A DNA stretch of 64,000 bases, from the NCBI RefSeq assembly GCF_037042905.1, contig NC_087251.1:46316001-46380000 (forward strand), written 5' to 3'. Below are positions 11,901-26,900 of the stretch, piece after piece. Origin of the DNA: Lytechinus pictus (lineage: Eukaryota). Every line of letters begins with the position of its first letter. Within the stretch, counting starts at the first letter, position 1. The position numbers and the translations under genes are program-made. The notes under the pieces are model-generated. The model was not told where the DNA came from. It was given only the letters and a program-made list of their open reading frames with translations, and made no database searches.

Positions 11901-14900
11901 TTATTGTGATCTGGGTCATGGATATTGACATTCAAATGAATTGTACTCTTGTTTACGACGACTGAGCTAGCTGAGCTTTGACCTTCGCGAGTTATTTTTT
12001 ACTTTTAATTTTAGCATCGTCTTCGTATTCACGAACACTTACAAAGGAGGATCATGCAAATTGTCATGACTGTTACCAACTTGTGACAGAATTCACCTCA
12101 TTGATGGACTTTTTGTTCTGGATTTCTTCAGCACTAATTTTCTTTTTGGATTATTATTTCGCCAAATTGGATAGATCTACAGTGAACAGTCAGTCCGCAA
12201 GCCCTGAAAAAGTAGCTTCTTTTATCCAAGTGATATTCATGACTAGAGGGTTTTTGCATAGTTAATGAGCTTGGTGCGAACCAAAACACCTCTTTTTATT
12301 CGGCCATTGCTGCTCTAAATATTGACCAAATTTCATGTTTTTGGTATCTTTATAAAGAAGAAGAATCATTCTTTCAGGTCATGTGTTTGGATTTTTAGAA
12401 AAATGTTGTAATATAGGAAAAACTTTTGATCTAAAACATGAAACAAAATATTTTTTTCATGCAACAAAAGTTTTTGTTTTCACACTTAATTTCTGTTTGG
12501 GCACAAATGATTTTTAGATCATGATAAAGCTGAAGGTCTAAGCTTTAATATGATATGATTTTTATAAGAAGATGTATTTTAGATGGGTCAGCAGCCAGCT
12601 TTTCATAGGCCAAGTACATTTTGCAGCTCAAAAACAAGAATACTGCGCTCTGATTGGTCATAGAGACCACACACCTACGCAAATTCCAATGTTCCCCACA
12701 CTGGGCCTCTGCGAGGTCACACTCACCATGTGGTAATCTCTTCAAATTACCCGCGCCTGTTTGTATTGAAAATAGTATTCAGCCAATCAGAACTCTTGAT
12801 TTTATGTTACTCAGAAATTTCAGAAATCTTGTCTTGCATCTTGATGGAAAAAGCTGGCTGCTGACCCATCTAAAAGATGCCACATATCAAGAGTGACATT
12901 GTAAGAAAGTATAGAGCTTGAGCTTTCTGATGATATAAATAATGTTGGTGCCTAAAACACAAAATGTTGCACAATTTGCAAGTGAAAACAGAGGAAGAAA
13001 ATTCTGTTTGATGCATCTTTTCAGGTAAAAAATTCACTTATTTATCAAAATATTTCATTCAAAAGAAATGACCAATATAAATGAGTAACATTTACTCTTG
13101 CCCATGGTACAAAAATAATCAATATTACTCAAGGAGAAAGTGGTTAAATTCTTTGAGAAAGAAAGTCTCACAATTCACGAGATTTTGCAGGGACATGAAT
13201 TCAGCCACGAGAGGACTTGGATAAATCTTGCTCATTTGCTCATTAACACAGGGGCTTGCGGACGGACTGTGAATCTCTCTCTGTTGGATCTGTGATTTTT
13301 TGTTATACTATAGTCTAGATCTAGATCCTGTGATTTTTTTGTTATAGACTCTAGATGCCCAAATTTCCCCTCCAGCTATGCACAAAATTGCACCATTTAA
13401 AGTCCCTTCCTTGGGAGGGGGGATACCCCCCTCCAACACCCTCCCCCCCTCGGTCGCTCCGCTCCCTCGCTTAAGTATGTCTATTTTTTTTTCAAGAGTG
13501 AATATCACCCCTGGTAAGGAGAATGTTCAAAATTTTGAGAATTTCAAATATTTAGGAGTTTATATTTATCAAGAACTTATATGGAATACTCATTTGGATT
13601 TTACGGTAAAGAAAATAGGCAAAATGATAAGCTATCTTGGATGGTTAAGGCATTTTGTAAATCGATCCAGTCTGAAAATTATTTATTCCTCCGTCATCCT
13701 CCCACATTTTGACTATGCAGATGTTATATGGCAGTCTGCATCTCAGAAACATCTGGGTCTACTACAGAACCGTGCTGGCAGAATGATCTTAAGAATTAAT
13801 CCTTATTTGCATGTTTCTACTTCTCATATTCACAAAATTTTGAAATGGAAAAAATAGAGATTCGTCATCGTAAGCATATGTATATAATGATGTATAAAGT
13901 TTTATGTAATCTTGCTCCGGAATACATGAAAATATCAATACCTATTAAATCTCATCAATATTCTCTTTGTACTTCTACACTAACCTGTCTTCCAAAACCA
14001 AAAACAAATAGTTGTAAAAGGACATTTCTATATGGGGGGGCTTCATTGTACAACAAACAAACTACCATCCCATATTATCAATCTTTCTTTAACAATACAG
14101 TCCTTTATATCAAACGTTCGAAGTTATCTCTATCAATCTTGATTATTGGTTGCATTATACATGATTTTGAGTTAGCTAGGTTTTCTTTTATTTATCTTAT
14201 TTTTGTTCACTACTAATTCAATTATTGTTTTGTGTTTCATGCTTTGTTTTATTTTCCAATCTTATATCTTTTTGAGTTATTTTCGTTTAATACTACTCCC
14301 CTTCTTAAGGAACTCCACTGGCTACCTCTATTCCAACGTATTCAGTTTAAAGTCTGTTTATATGTATACAAAACTCTAAATCGATTGGCACCTGAATATC
14401 TTAATAATACCATCAAAGTATACACACCCTCTCGTAGTCTTCGTTCAATCACTGACACGTGCAGACTTTGCATTCCCTTGTCTAAACTCTCCTCTGCTGG
14501 AAAACGTTTTGCTGTAGCAGCTGCCAAGACTTGGAATGCCATCCCTCTTCTAATAAGAAATGCTTCCAGTATTCTTGGCTTCAAATTTTCACTTAAGACA
14601 TACCCTTTTCCTCAATAATTAATTTCCCTTTTTATCTTGAATATTGTGGTTATTATTGCAAATGTTAAATCATCATTCATACATTGTAAGCGCTATGGTA
14701 CTTTTTGTTTTCAGTGCCTCTAAATATCCATTATTATTATTATTATTATTATTAATTAGGGCCCATGGAAGAAGTGATATTTTGTAAATATCACTGAAAT
14801 GGGCTATCCTCCATTGAAAATATTTTTATGATTTTCATGTATTTTATTTATGACTTTTTATGGAAATTATAAAAAAAAATACATGAACATATCAGATGAA

Positions 14901-17900
14901 AACATCTGTCATTAATGAAGAAACATTTATGTGAAACAGAATATGTACACAAGCACACATAGTTACACATAAGAATGTAAATGTAACTGCCATGCAATGG
15001 GCCTGATAATGAACATATATGACCGGCAATAAGTCGCAAAGGAAAGATCTCTTGTAAATAGCCAAAATAGTAATTTGGTCTTCAAAATACAAATATTAGA
15101 AAATCTGCTTATCTGATAGAGTAATTCTTCTTCTTAATACTGTCAAAAGTTGAAGTAGTAACATTTGATAGAATGGAAAATAAAAGAGTTTCTTTGACAC
15201 CATATTTGGCGAACTGCTCAAAAGTTTCACCAAGAATGCACAATGTGCACAGTTCTTGTTTGAATGAACTTGAAAACCTTGTTTTTCTCCTTATTTGTTT
15301 GAAGCTCTTGCTGAATTTCTTCTGTTTTCAATCAAGTACTTTTGAAGGTTATTGTTTATCAATTTTGACAAGATATATATATCATTTTAAAACTAAGGAT
15401 GTGTTTCTTCAAGCTCAATGAAAATTTTAGAATTAACTTTTGGCGAATTATTGTTGGTTTGGCAGTGGTTGGTCACATATTTGTTGCATTAAATCTGATA
15501 ATCTTTTTTTTTGTATTTATGTTTTTATTAAGAATCAGATCAAATTACAATATTTACAGTTATTCATTGAGACTAAGGAAATACTCTAAATGTCATCCTT
15601 ATTATGTTAACTAATGCGTAAGCACATATCTGGTAATTCAGTATGAAGTCCTTTTTTTTAAGCAAAATGGGCAATTCTGAGGTATTGGCCAGAGAGCAAT
15701 ATCAAGACTATCTGTTATATGCCCTATTGATTTTGCCATATCGCTGATAACTTATTATGATTTTAACTGATGTTCGTGTATATGAACCCTGATTTTTATA
15801 AGGTTACACAGGTACTGTTTGGCGCAGGTTATTTGATGTAATCTTATTTTCTGCCCTTTTAAATGTTTATTTCTTTTTTTAAACTTTGTAAATGTGATTA
15901 TTAATCTGATAACCATTTCTTATTGGGAATGGTGCAGGAAAGCTGAAGGGGGTGTGTCAGAGTGTAGGGATGCGGAGACAGCCAAGACATCCAGAACGTG
16001 CGACACCAGTCTTTCAAGACCCCCAAAACAGAGTACTGTGAAGAAAGACAAAAAATCTGCAGTCACTAAAGCTGCGTCCAGTGTGCAGGAAACGACTCCT
16101 GTGTCAAGAAAGAAAGAGGGTAAGGAACGCATGTTCTTGGCCTTGTTGCATGATTATTAATATAGTAATAATTTTTAATCATTGCCAATCCGGAAGCGAA
16201 AAGAATTTAAAATACTTCTTCTTACTTGGAAAGTGTTAAATGGAAGGGCACCATAATATCTACAAGACCTTGTCATGCCTTATAACACCAGCTCGTAGCC
16301 TAAGATCAGCACACCAGCAACTTCTTAAGACTCCCAAGACACGTGTAGCATATGGTGCGCAAGCTTTCTCTGCCTCAGCACCTTTTCTCTGGAATAATTT
16401 GCCGTTGAATTTAGACCTTCAAATCTAAAATGAAGTCTTATCTTTTTTAACAGTATTAGTTATTGGCACTTTGACACTCATCCAAACTTTCTCATTCTTT
16501 CTTTTCTTGTGCGCTTCGGAATAGAATATTTTTAGATAGATGGCGTTATCTAAATGCCTATTATTATTATTATTGTTATTATTATTATAATTAATATTAT
16601 TATTATTATTATTATTATTACTATTATTATTATTTTATATTATTATTATTATTATTATTATGAATATGAATATGTAGAATCATTTAAAACAAAAACTATC
16701 ATAGCGCGTACAGTACATGACCCCACACTTACAATAGTAATCCCGATCAGTCATTTAAGAATAATAGATATTTACAAAAAAGGGAACTATGAAATAATTG
16801 AGTAGGTCTTGATATACAAAACAGTAAATAATCATTGTACACCGTAGCTTTAGACAGCAAAATGATAAATAGACTAAAGTGTGGTTGCGTATTGATTTGT
16901 TTTCTCCAAATCCAGCTTCAGTTGTCACGCCCTCGTGCGTCAGCGTGGAAAAGGTGAGAACTACCAAGAGCGGCCGGAAGGTCCTCCCTCCCCTTCAGTA
17001 CTGGAGGGGCCAGAGGCAACGGACGCTTCTCTACATGGATGGGGCTGCAGAACTCCTTGAAGGATCTGTTGACTATACACCTGTATCAGCTACCAGTCTT
17101 AGTGTTACAGGTTCGATTGACATATCACAGGTACCCAGATGACTATAATAATAATACCTAGGCCCGTTTCATAAAGAGTTACAGCTGTTGTAACTTTGCC
17201 ATTATGGCAATTACCATGGCATCAGCACTCAGCAGCCAATCAAAATAAAGGTTTCAATGGTAGTTGCCATAATGGCAAACGGGCCCCTAGTTTTTCCATA
17301 GCGATTTTTGCCATAACGGCTCAAAGTGCTTTACAGCATATCATTACCCCAGTCATTGGATTCATTGCAATCCCGCAAGAAAAGTGCACAATTTCCACTG
17401 CCTGGGGAGCATTCCTTGCATTCATCGCAGCCTCATTATGGCGCTGGCAAATTCAAACATACAATAACTTTCGCTTCCTACCGGGAACCCATTTAGCCCC
17501 TGGGTCGAGAGTGGCAAAGTGTGGATTAACGCCTTGCCAAAGGACAGTAGACCGCGGTGGGATTCAAACACACAACCCTCTGTTTACAAGGCGAGAGTCA
17601 GAACCACTACACCACGGCTCTTCCACAATGCTCTGATTTGTATGAAATAATGTAGGGTTTCTGTGTTTTTTATTTGAGATGATATATCATATGTAAGCAC
17701 ATGTAAAGTGCGCATAGTTTCTTCTTGAATTGCTATGTGCTGTAAACATTTCCATTATCAGTACTTAGTAGTGCTCATTCTATTTTCTTGAACTAGTTTA
17801 GTTTGAATAAGTTAAGTGGAAATCAGTTAAAGGTGTGATGGGATTGCTCGCAGTGGCCTTGGAAGCGATCTTATTAAAGTGGTCTTCAAAACCAGCTTCG

Positions 17901-20900
17901 AAAACCAAATCAGAATGTGATTTTCAAGACCGCTTTGCCTCGTTTAAAGTGGTGCGTAGGTGAGGACACAACCTTTCTTCGGTATTAAAGGACAAGTCCA
18001 CCTCAACAAAAAGTTGATTTGAATAAAAAGAGAAAAATCCAACTAGCATAACACTGAAAATTTCATCAAAATCGGATGTAAAATAAGAAAGTTATGACAT
18101 TTCAAAGTTTCGCTTAATTTTACAAAACAGTTATACACACATCTGGTCGGTATGCAAATGAGGAGACTGATGACATCATCCACTCACTATTTCTTTTGTA
18201 TTTTATTACGTGAAATATGAATCATTCTAATTTTCTCCTCATTGTCAAGTGAAACAACGATTAATTCCTCCCTGAACATGTGGAATTAGCATTGTTTAAT
18301 AAAATATGGTTCAGTCAAGTTGGTCCTTATTGTCAAATATGTAAAAAATGAAATATTGTATAATTCAAACAATAAAAAACAAAAGAAATAGTGAGTGATG
18401 GACATCATCGACTGTCTCATTTGCATGTCACTGAGATGTGCATATCATTGTTTCATGAAAAATAAGCGAAACTTTAAATGTCACAACTTTCTTATTTTAC
18501 ATCCGATTTTGATGAATTTTTCAGCATTATGCTAGTTTGATTTTTCTATATTTATTCAAATCAACATTTTCTGGGGTGGACTTGACCTTTAAAGCCATCT
18601 TTGCAAGAAAGTGAGTGCATGTATGTTTGGCACTCTTCTCAGCACGCACTGCGTGTAGAATACCTAAGCGAAGCGATCTTCTTAACTGGATTCCTTAACT
18701 GGTAAGGGAAAGCAGTTCAAGAATATAGATGATAGGCTATTGGCAAGTCCTGTACATGATCACACTTCTCTTCTGTATAGTAACTTTCATATGAATTAAT
18801 AGACCTACTGCACTGATAATAATTTTTCAAAGCCCAGACTAACATTTATGGGGTGTTGCAAGAAACTTGCGATCAATTTCAAGTCTAAATCAATCAAATG
18901 TCTTGCAGTTAATTGCAAATTAGTGATTGATTGCTAATCTGATCCTTGAAACAAGAAGTTTAATCTGATTTGCTACAGCTAACATTGATCTATCCGTTGT
19001 AAAATTGCAACAGAATATTTGCAATTGAACGCAAATATTTTCTTGCAACACACCCTAAGAGAGCCTTTTTTTGTCAGAGACAATCCCCCCACCAAATGAT
19101 CGAAGAGCCCTGGAAAATGATTTTAAAAAGGGCAAAGAAAAAACCCCATTCACTGCCATATTAAAGCTTATCCAGTGATGCAAATACAGGGAGAAGGTTG
19201 TGAAAGTACATGTAGCCCCAAAAATGAATATTTTAATTTTTGCCTGCTTGTTGTAATATATGTTCTTACACTGAAATGAAAATGATGATGCCACTTAGTT
19301 TTATTCTTGAATTAAATGCAATACTTTTTTGTCCTTCAGAGATCAAGAAGGCGGTGTATCCAGAAGGAGACCCCAACGGGCAGGGTACAAGCAGTGAAGT
19401 CCACAACATCAAAAAGAAAAGGTATCATCATGGAGAGCAAGAATAGCCAGTCAGAGAGGATACAAAAGAAAACTATCGTGTCCAAAAACAAGAGAAATCT
19501 GGACACCTCTAAGACAAAAGAAGATGACAAAGATTGCAGCCATGAAGCAAAATCTGAAAAGGATAGTCTTCAGAGCTCTAGAAGGATGTCTTCAGAATCG
19601 TCTAACCATCAAAGATCACTGAGCAATCCTAGATTGGCAAGTCTAACAGCTGCTTCAGACACGGTATCTCCAGGTTCCAGAGTGAATGGAGATCATGCTA
19701 CCACGAGACACAACCAGCCCTATGACCTATACGGTGAGGTGATGGGAGTCTTGAAGGAGAACAAGCAACAAAGGTTATCAAATCAGAGCAGGAGATGGTC
19801 GCAAGGTAATCTGAGTTCCTCATCGGCAGCAGAGCGCTCCCAAGGGGAGGAGAACTTCAATATAAGTGACGATGAAGACTTTGCGAAGGAAGAATCTGCT
19901 TTTGCTAGTGAAGGGGAAGGAAAGAATACCTCCTTTTCCAGGAAAGACTCATCTGCAGCAAGCTCAAAAAGCAAAGCTTCCTCGAAGAATAGAAGGAGAA
20001 CATCTTCAAGAACTAATGAGAGAGTGTTGCTTGGTTCAAATATGCTTCCGTCTGTTGTTTTGGAGAAATGGGAAGACAATGACACAAATACAAAGGGGAA
20101 AAGCAAGAGTAGCGCCCAATCTCAAAAACAAGACAAAGTTAAAAAACAAGCTAAGAGCAAGAAGACGAAACAAGCACCGCCAGAGTCTCGTAGGTCACAG
20201 AGGATCCACGAGACAAATGGGAACTGGATGCCTGATGAACTTCAGCGTCTTCACAGGTTAGACAATTTGATCTTATCATTTCCTCTTAAGCCCATCCTCA
20301 TCAGACGCAGACACGTTTTATGAAGCAATTTGTCACAATCTTCTGAATTCAATCTAGTTTAAAATAACGTGAAACCTGTCTTTAGTAATCGCCCAAGGAA
20401 AACACAAAATGTGGCCTTTGTGGACAGGTGACTGCTATAGTCAGGTTCTTATATACATAACATGCCTCCATGGGAATCAGTTTTAGTGATCACTATAGAC
20501 AGGTGGCTGCTATAAAGAGGTGGCCACTGACACAGGTTTGACTGTACAGGTAGCAAGTATTTCTGGCAGTTAAGATTGTTTGTTAAGTGTTTTGGCAACA
20601 AGCGCACTGTAGCCAAAGTGTGCATGCGGCCTAACATGGTTATGCTTTACCATCTTGCGCTAGTCAGGCAGGTATGCTGGATTAATGCCTCTGATGTCAT
20701 AATATGTACGAAATCCTCTCAAGAGCACTGTACTGCCACTAAACACTCGCACAAGTGCTTTATTTGTATATCATTGCATTTATCTCCTTTCAGATAATGA
20801 CAGGTATATGCACAAACCAAACCATAACAAAACGTTGCATGATACATGTAGCTTTGCAGATTTTTATTTTTCTGTGGTGGAAAATAGTACCTTTTCAGCT

Positions 20901-23900
20901 ACGGAACTAATTATCATCCTTTCTTGATGTGTGACAATTCACTTTGTGCAGTGCTCTGAACACGATTCAACCGAGTTCCAGTCAGTTCTGGCACAGAGTG
21001 GCCGCTACTGTGGGCACCAGGACAGAATGGGAGTGTCAGCAGCAGCATCAGGCAAAGCTTGAGGAGACTACCAGGAAATCCAACCAGTCCAAGAACACCA
21101 AGGAACCCACTAAAGACAAAGAAGCTAAGGACCAACGTGCAAAAGGTACCAATTTCCTTTGTTATATTCACATCATTAAATGGGAAGTTCACCCTGGCAA
21201 AAAGTATATAGAAAAATGAAATAAATTTTTAAAAATGACTTCAAAAATCCAAAGCTTAAAATTCTAATAACTCTTATAATCTTTGATTGATTTTCATCAG
21301 ACCTTTACCAGTATTTTTTCTGCTATTTTTACAACAAACTTTTCTTCAGGCTGAACTTCCCCTTTGAGGTGCTTGCTCACTGAATACAGACCAGCAAACA
21401 GCTGGAGGGCGTTGTGGTCTAGTGGTTACAACTCTCGTCTTTCAATCTGAAGGACATGGGTTCGATTCCAAGCCATAGCGTGTTTTCCTTCAGCAAAACA
21501 TTCACCCATATTGTGCTGCACTCAACCCAGGTGAGGTGAATGGGTTCTCGGCAGGATTTATTCCTTGAATGCACCAAGCGCCTTTAGCAGCTGGAGCTAA
21601 AGCCGGGGTAATATATAGTGCACCACTGAATAGGCAACTAGATAATCGGCACCTCATAAATGCTATGTATTATTAAAACCATATCAAATCAGGATCACTC
21701 ATACAGGTCACTGAAATTCTGAGTTGCATGCAGTATATAAGACATCACCATATAGGCAAGAACAAGTGTAGGGGATGTGCTCTAAGTATTGCATGGTACT
21801 CTATGAGGTTACCCATTGAATACCATGTGTGTGTAGATGACTTTGAATTGCATTAAACTCTTTGGCCCGTATTCTGGTTTAATTTAAACTCTGGTGTAAA
21901 GTTGTGGTTTAACTATAGAAAGCCAGTTGTGACATAAATCTTTAACAATAAAGGTTCAGTTTATCAGCTCATATGACTCCAAAAACATTAATTGTCTGGG
22001 AAGGATGAATAAGATAGTTGTATTCACCGTTAAAGAATTAGGAAAGAGAACAGCAAACAGAAGCATTTAAAGCAAAAAAAATGTTGACACATTTGGCTTC
22101 CCATAATTTTAGCACAGAGTTAACCCATGGTCCAAGTTAAACCTGGCTTCAGAATACGGGCCTTTGTGTTTAAGTCCCCAGGGGGGATGACTGGGCTTAT
22201 ATGAGCTCATATATGCTAGAAAATTTGTTATTTTCCTGCATTTTTCCCCACCAGTGTCTCTTCTGGAATTTCATCACAAGGACCTCATTCCAGGGGGGGA
22301 AGAAGAAAAAAGTAAACAGGGTCTCGGGGCGATTTCGCCACTGAAATACTCAGAATAGCCCTACATTTATGATTTTTGGTTGAAAAACACAATTTGCATT
22401 GACTTTGTACATGGAATCACGTTTTTGAGCAATTTCGGGTTTGACATGCACTTACAAAATGTTGCGTAATTTCGGAACAACGTACCCGGGCGTCGCCAAT
22501 TTGGTCTCAAAAGATGCGCAAGACTTGAAAGTAAAAAGTCAGCGAGCGGTGGGGTAAAAAAATTTGGCGTGACGGCGTATTGACGAAATTTGTCGAGGGG
22601 GGGGGTCAAATTGATAAGGGTTTAATAAGGGTTAAAGCTTATCCAACATTTTTTGTTTCTTAATCTTCTATTTTTCTTTTTTTTTATGGAAATTATTACA
22701 GACCATTTAACACCTATGTTAAACCCTAAATCAATTAAGCAGACCAAATAGAATGAAAAATAATCACCCTTTTATGAATTTCATCTCCCACAGACTCTGT
22801 GCACAAATAATAAAAATGAGCCATTTTCGGCATTGCATTGTCTCATAAAAAGACATGTTTCTTCGCATTCCTACGTCACGAATTTGGTCTCAAAAGTTGC
22901 GCAAGACTTCAAAGAAAAAATTCGTAAATTTTGTGGCTCTATCTTTTTGCGTTCCGGAAATATCACGCAAAGCGTTGAGGGGGGGCATCATGGCCCCCCC
23001 CCCAGTCCTTTTTCGGAAGCTAAAAGGAAAGCTTATGCACTGTGCCTTTTGAGGCCAAGATTATATTGACAAATTCATGATATTTCTTAATTACTATGTT
23101 CTTTTTTAAAAATAATTTTATCTTGATGTCTCATAGAGCCTGTTGCCCTAACTGCTGCGAAGGGTACTATGAAACGGAAGAGGCAGCTTCGAGAACTGAT
23201 CCAGCAGCACAACCAGGCCTCGGAAGAAGATCTGTTTGATTCTACTCCATTCAAGAAACAGAGGAAGAAGATGAAGGTATAGGTCCCACGTGACAGATCC
23301 GTAGGGGGGTGTTGCAAGAAAATATTTGCAGTCAATTGCAAATTTCATATGTAAATTTACAAGTGTTTGATTACTTTCAACTAAAGCACAGCAATTTATA
23401 TTTGTTGATGTAAGGAGCAGACCATCAGTTGCCAATTTGCAATGAAATGCATGACTTTCAATCGTTTTTAGGACCTGAAATTGACTTATGATCAATTGCA
23501 ATTTTCTTGGAACACCCTGTAAGTCTAGAGCAGTAACTTTCAATGAGTGGCTCACATCATTTTTAGTACGTTAGTCTTTGTGATGGAAACAAATGGAAAA
23601 TAATCTAAACTATTTACATTTCATAAATTATGTTAAATTTGTAGGCTCTTTTTATTTTGTAATATATGCAAATAATATCAGCCAAATTGAAAGGCCTCAT
23701 ATTAAAAAACTTTGGGGGGATGGGGGGGGGGGTACTGGGTTCTGCCTCCATGAAAGTTACATAAATTGTAATTATAAATTGAAAGCTCTGCTTTTATTAT
23801 TTAACCTTTCATGTTCTCATCTTTATATATTTGTCTCCAATCTGGCATTCTCAAATGTTATTACAGTCCGACCTCTCTTATCCGGACATGTTGGGACCAG

Positions 23901-26900
23901 CACCAATCTGGATAATGGATTTATCCGGATCTGGGAGACCCAATATCAAATAAACGCAGCTGCCTCCCCAACGGCGGTAGCTACACGTGATCTATTGTAG
24001 TGGGCATACAGACAGTATTCACTGCAGTGTTAGTGTAAATTATGGGCAGTATTTTTACGGAAATGAAATCGATCGATGGCCAAAACTCCTGGATAATTTA
24101 CCTGCTAAAATGATTGAGGTATACATCAAGCATACCTCGAAAGAAAGAGAATGACTCGATGAAACTAAATTTAACAGTTAGATCATCGCAGCTTCACATT
24201 GTCAGCCATTGTTATACTGACTGTAGGCTCACATATGATAAATGGCGCTGTCCGTATTGAGGCCTAGCGCTAGCGAGCGAGACGTGTTGTTTTTCCCCGG
24301 GAAAGAAAAAGAGAATGTGATGAAATGTTTGCGCTGCGCCCTGATTTACTGGAAAATTATCCTGTCTAAGTTCTTTCGGTGATTTGGGTGAGATATTTTC
24401 ATGAAAAATAATGTTGTTGTAGGTAGACTATATTGGAAAATATATGTAATCAAAGTGAGTTTGCGTATAGGATTGAAATCTCATTTCCCCACGTACTATA
24501 GATAGAATTGGAAAAAAAAATCTTGGCAAGTGTGCGCCCGGATAATAGAGAGATCCGGATAAGGGGAGGCCGGATGAGAGAGGTCGGGCTGTACCACCAT
24601 CTTATTTATATTGAATTATTGTAATGTACTATTTTATCATTATTGTTTCGTCCTTTCTTGTTGAATGTTATACTGTATTATATTTTGTGAGATATGAAAA
24701 TAAACCAAACTGAACTGAACATTTATATAGTGCATTACCTTACCATTTTAACGTGCTGTAGTTGTATGCAAATACTTGATGGATGTGACACAAGCATTTA
24801 TGCATTTGATCCTGACTACTTCTCTATCCGCCAGCCCTTGTTAAATCTTGATCTTGGAGAAGAGAAATTGGATGACGATGACGACGGGACGATGTCGAAG
24901 ACCCCGGGCTCGGCCCGCTTGAAGACGCCCAGTACACGATTCCACAACCTCCTTGCACCTCTTTCTGGGAAGAAGACTCCTCATTCATTTGCAATAAGCC
25001 CAGGCCTCTTGAGTTCTGTTGAAACGTAAGTTTTCTATCTCAGAGTGTGTTTCAATATCAAGAACATTAGGAGTGACAAGAAGTATTGATAAAATAATTA
25101 GACTCATGTGCTTGAAATATTTTGCAGAATTGTTAAGGCCATTAAGTCATTATCATACAGTCTTGTCAGGAAGATATTGTTTCAAAAGTTAATTTCATTC
25201 ATATATTAAGTGTAGGCTGTGTGAGTGCTCGGTTGTTTTTAAAGTCTAATTTGAATTTTGTTTTTGAATATGTGTGCCCTTCAGTCTAAGAAATACCTAT
25301 TTATACAAAAAACTATTATTTCAAGTTTGTCATTTGGGTTGTAAACTTTTGGAAGTCTCTGTCATTATTTAGCTCCTTATTACTGAGATTGCAAGAGTGA
25401 ATATGTTTCTAATTCGGAGAATTAGATTTATAAATGTTTTGGAGTGTATGGGCTTACTTAAAGGTCAAGTCCACCAAAGGAAAATGTTGATTGTAATAAA
25501 AAGAGAAAAATCAAACTAGCATAATGCTGAAAATTTCATCAAAATCGGATGTAAAATAAAAAAGTTATGACATTTTAAAGTTTCGCCTATTTTTCAAAAA
25601 ACAGTGATATGCACAACTCAGTGACATGCAAATGAGACAGTCGATGATGTCCCTCACTCACTATTTCTTTTGTTTTTTATTATTTGAATTATACAATATT
25701 TCATTTTTTACAAATTTGACAATATGGACCAACTTGACTGAACCATATAGTATTCAACAATGCTAATTCCTTATGTTCAGGGAAGAATTATTGTTGTTTC
25801 ACTTGGCAATGAGGAGAAAATAAGAATATTTCATATTTCATATAATAAAATACAAAAGAAATAGTGAGTGGATGATGTCATCAGTCTCCTCATTTGCATA
25901 CAGACCAGGATGTGCATATAACTGTTTTGTGAAATTAAGCGAAACTTTAAAATGTCATAACTTTCTTATTTTACATCCAATTTTGATGAAATTTTCAGTG
26001 TTATGTTTGTTGGAATTTTCTCTTTTTATTTTAAATAAACTTTTTGTTGGGGTGGACTTGTCCTTTAAGTTTTGGTGATGTGTGATTGTTGTATTTTGTG
26101 TTGCATTGTAACTTTAACTCGTCAGACATGGAAATCATGATATTGAATCCTCTTCTCACGTCACCCCCAGTCATTTGAATCACATACGTGTTTCTGTGTG
26201 GGAAATATTCATAAAAACTTAATGAAATAGAAGAATAACCTTACTTTTGTTAATTCCACTATAACAGAAGACATGTTGACATAGATCAACATCAAACTTG
26301 ATCCAAGTATGCATAGTGGAGGGTCAATCATCTGATTAGGTTTCGGGGTCATATGGTCAAAGGTCACAAAATTTTGTGGTTGTTTTATACCCCTTTCATA
26401 AACCCAATTATGCGGATAATATCTGCATAATTTGGTCGTAAAATCGGAGCGGGACCAGAGTTATCAGCATTATTTCGATGCTGCAATTATCCGCATAATA
26501 GCGGCATCGGGACCAGATTTTGACTTTATGAACGCATTTCCAAAGTAATGCGGATAATTGCCATGGTGCAGTCACAAGGTCACCCTTTTCCAACACAACC
26601 CCATCGGAGGGGGTGTGTGCAGTTGCCATGACAATTATCCGCCTTTTTCAGGTCGGGCGCTCGTAAAAAATAGTGCGGATTATTTTCGGAGTTTGTGAAT
26701 GCAATTTTTATTGAATTATCCGCATTACTCTTAGGCGGATAATTGGAGGATGGGTTTATGAAAGGGGTATTAATTAAGAAGTTAGGTGTGTAATATATGT
26801 CTGAACTGGCAGTGGTGAAGACATAATTCTGGCTTCACGTAGCTAAAAAATCTTGTTGGGGTCCTTTTTTTTCGGGGGGAGGGGGCTTGGCATCAGCAGG

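Noticed and set aside
21406..21480. tRNA gene
   Set aside because: The tRNA-like head continues into a SINE body shared with other copies, and no proper acceptor stem is apparent.
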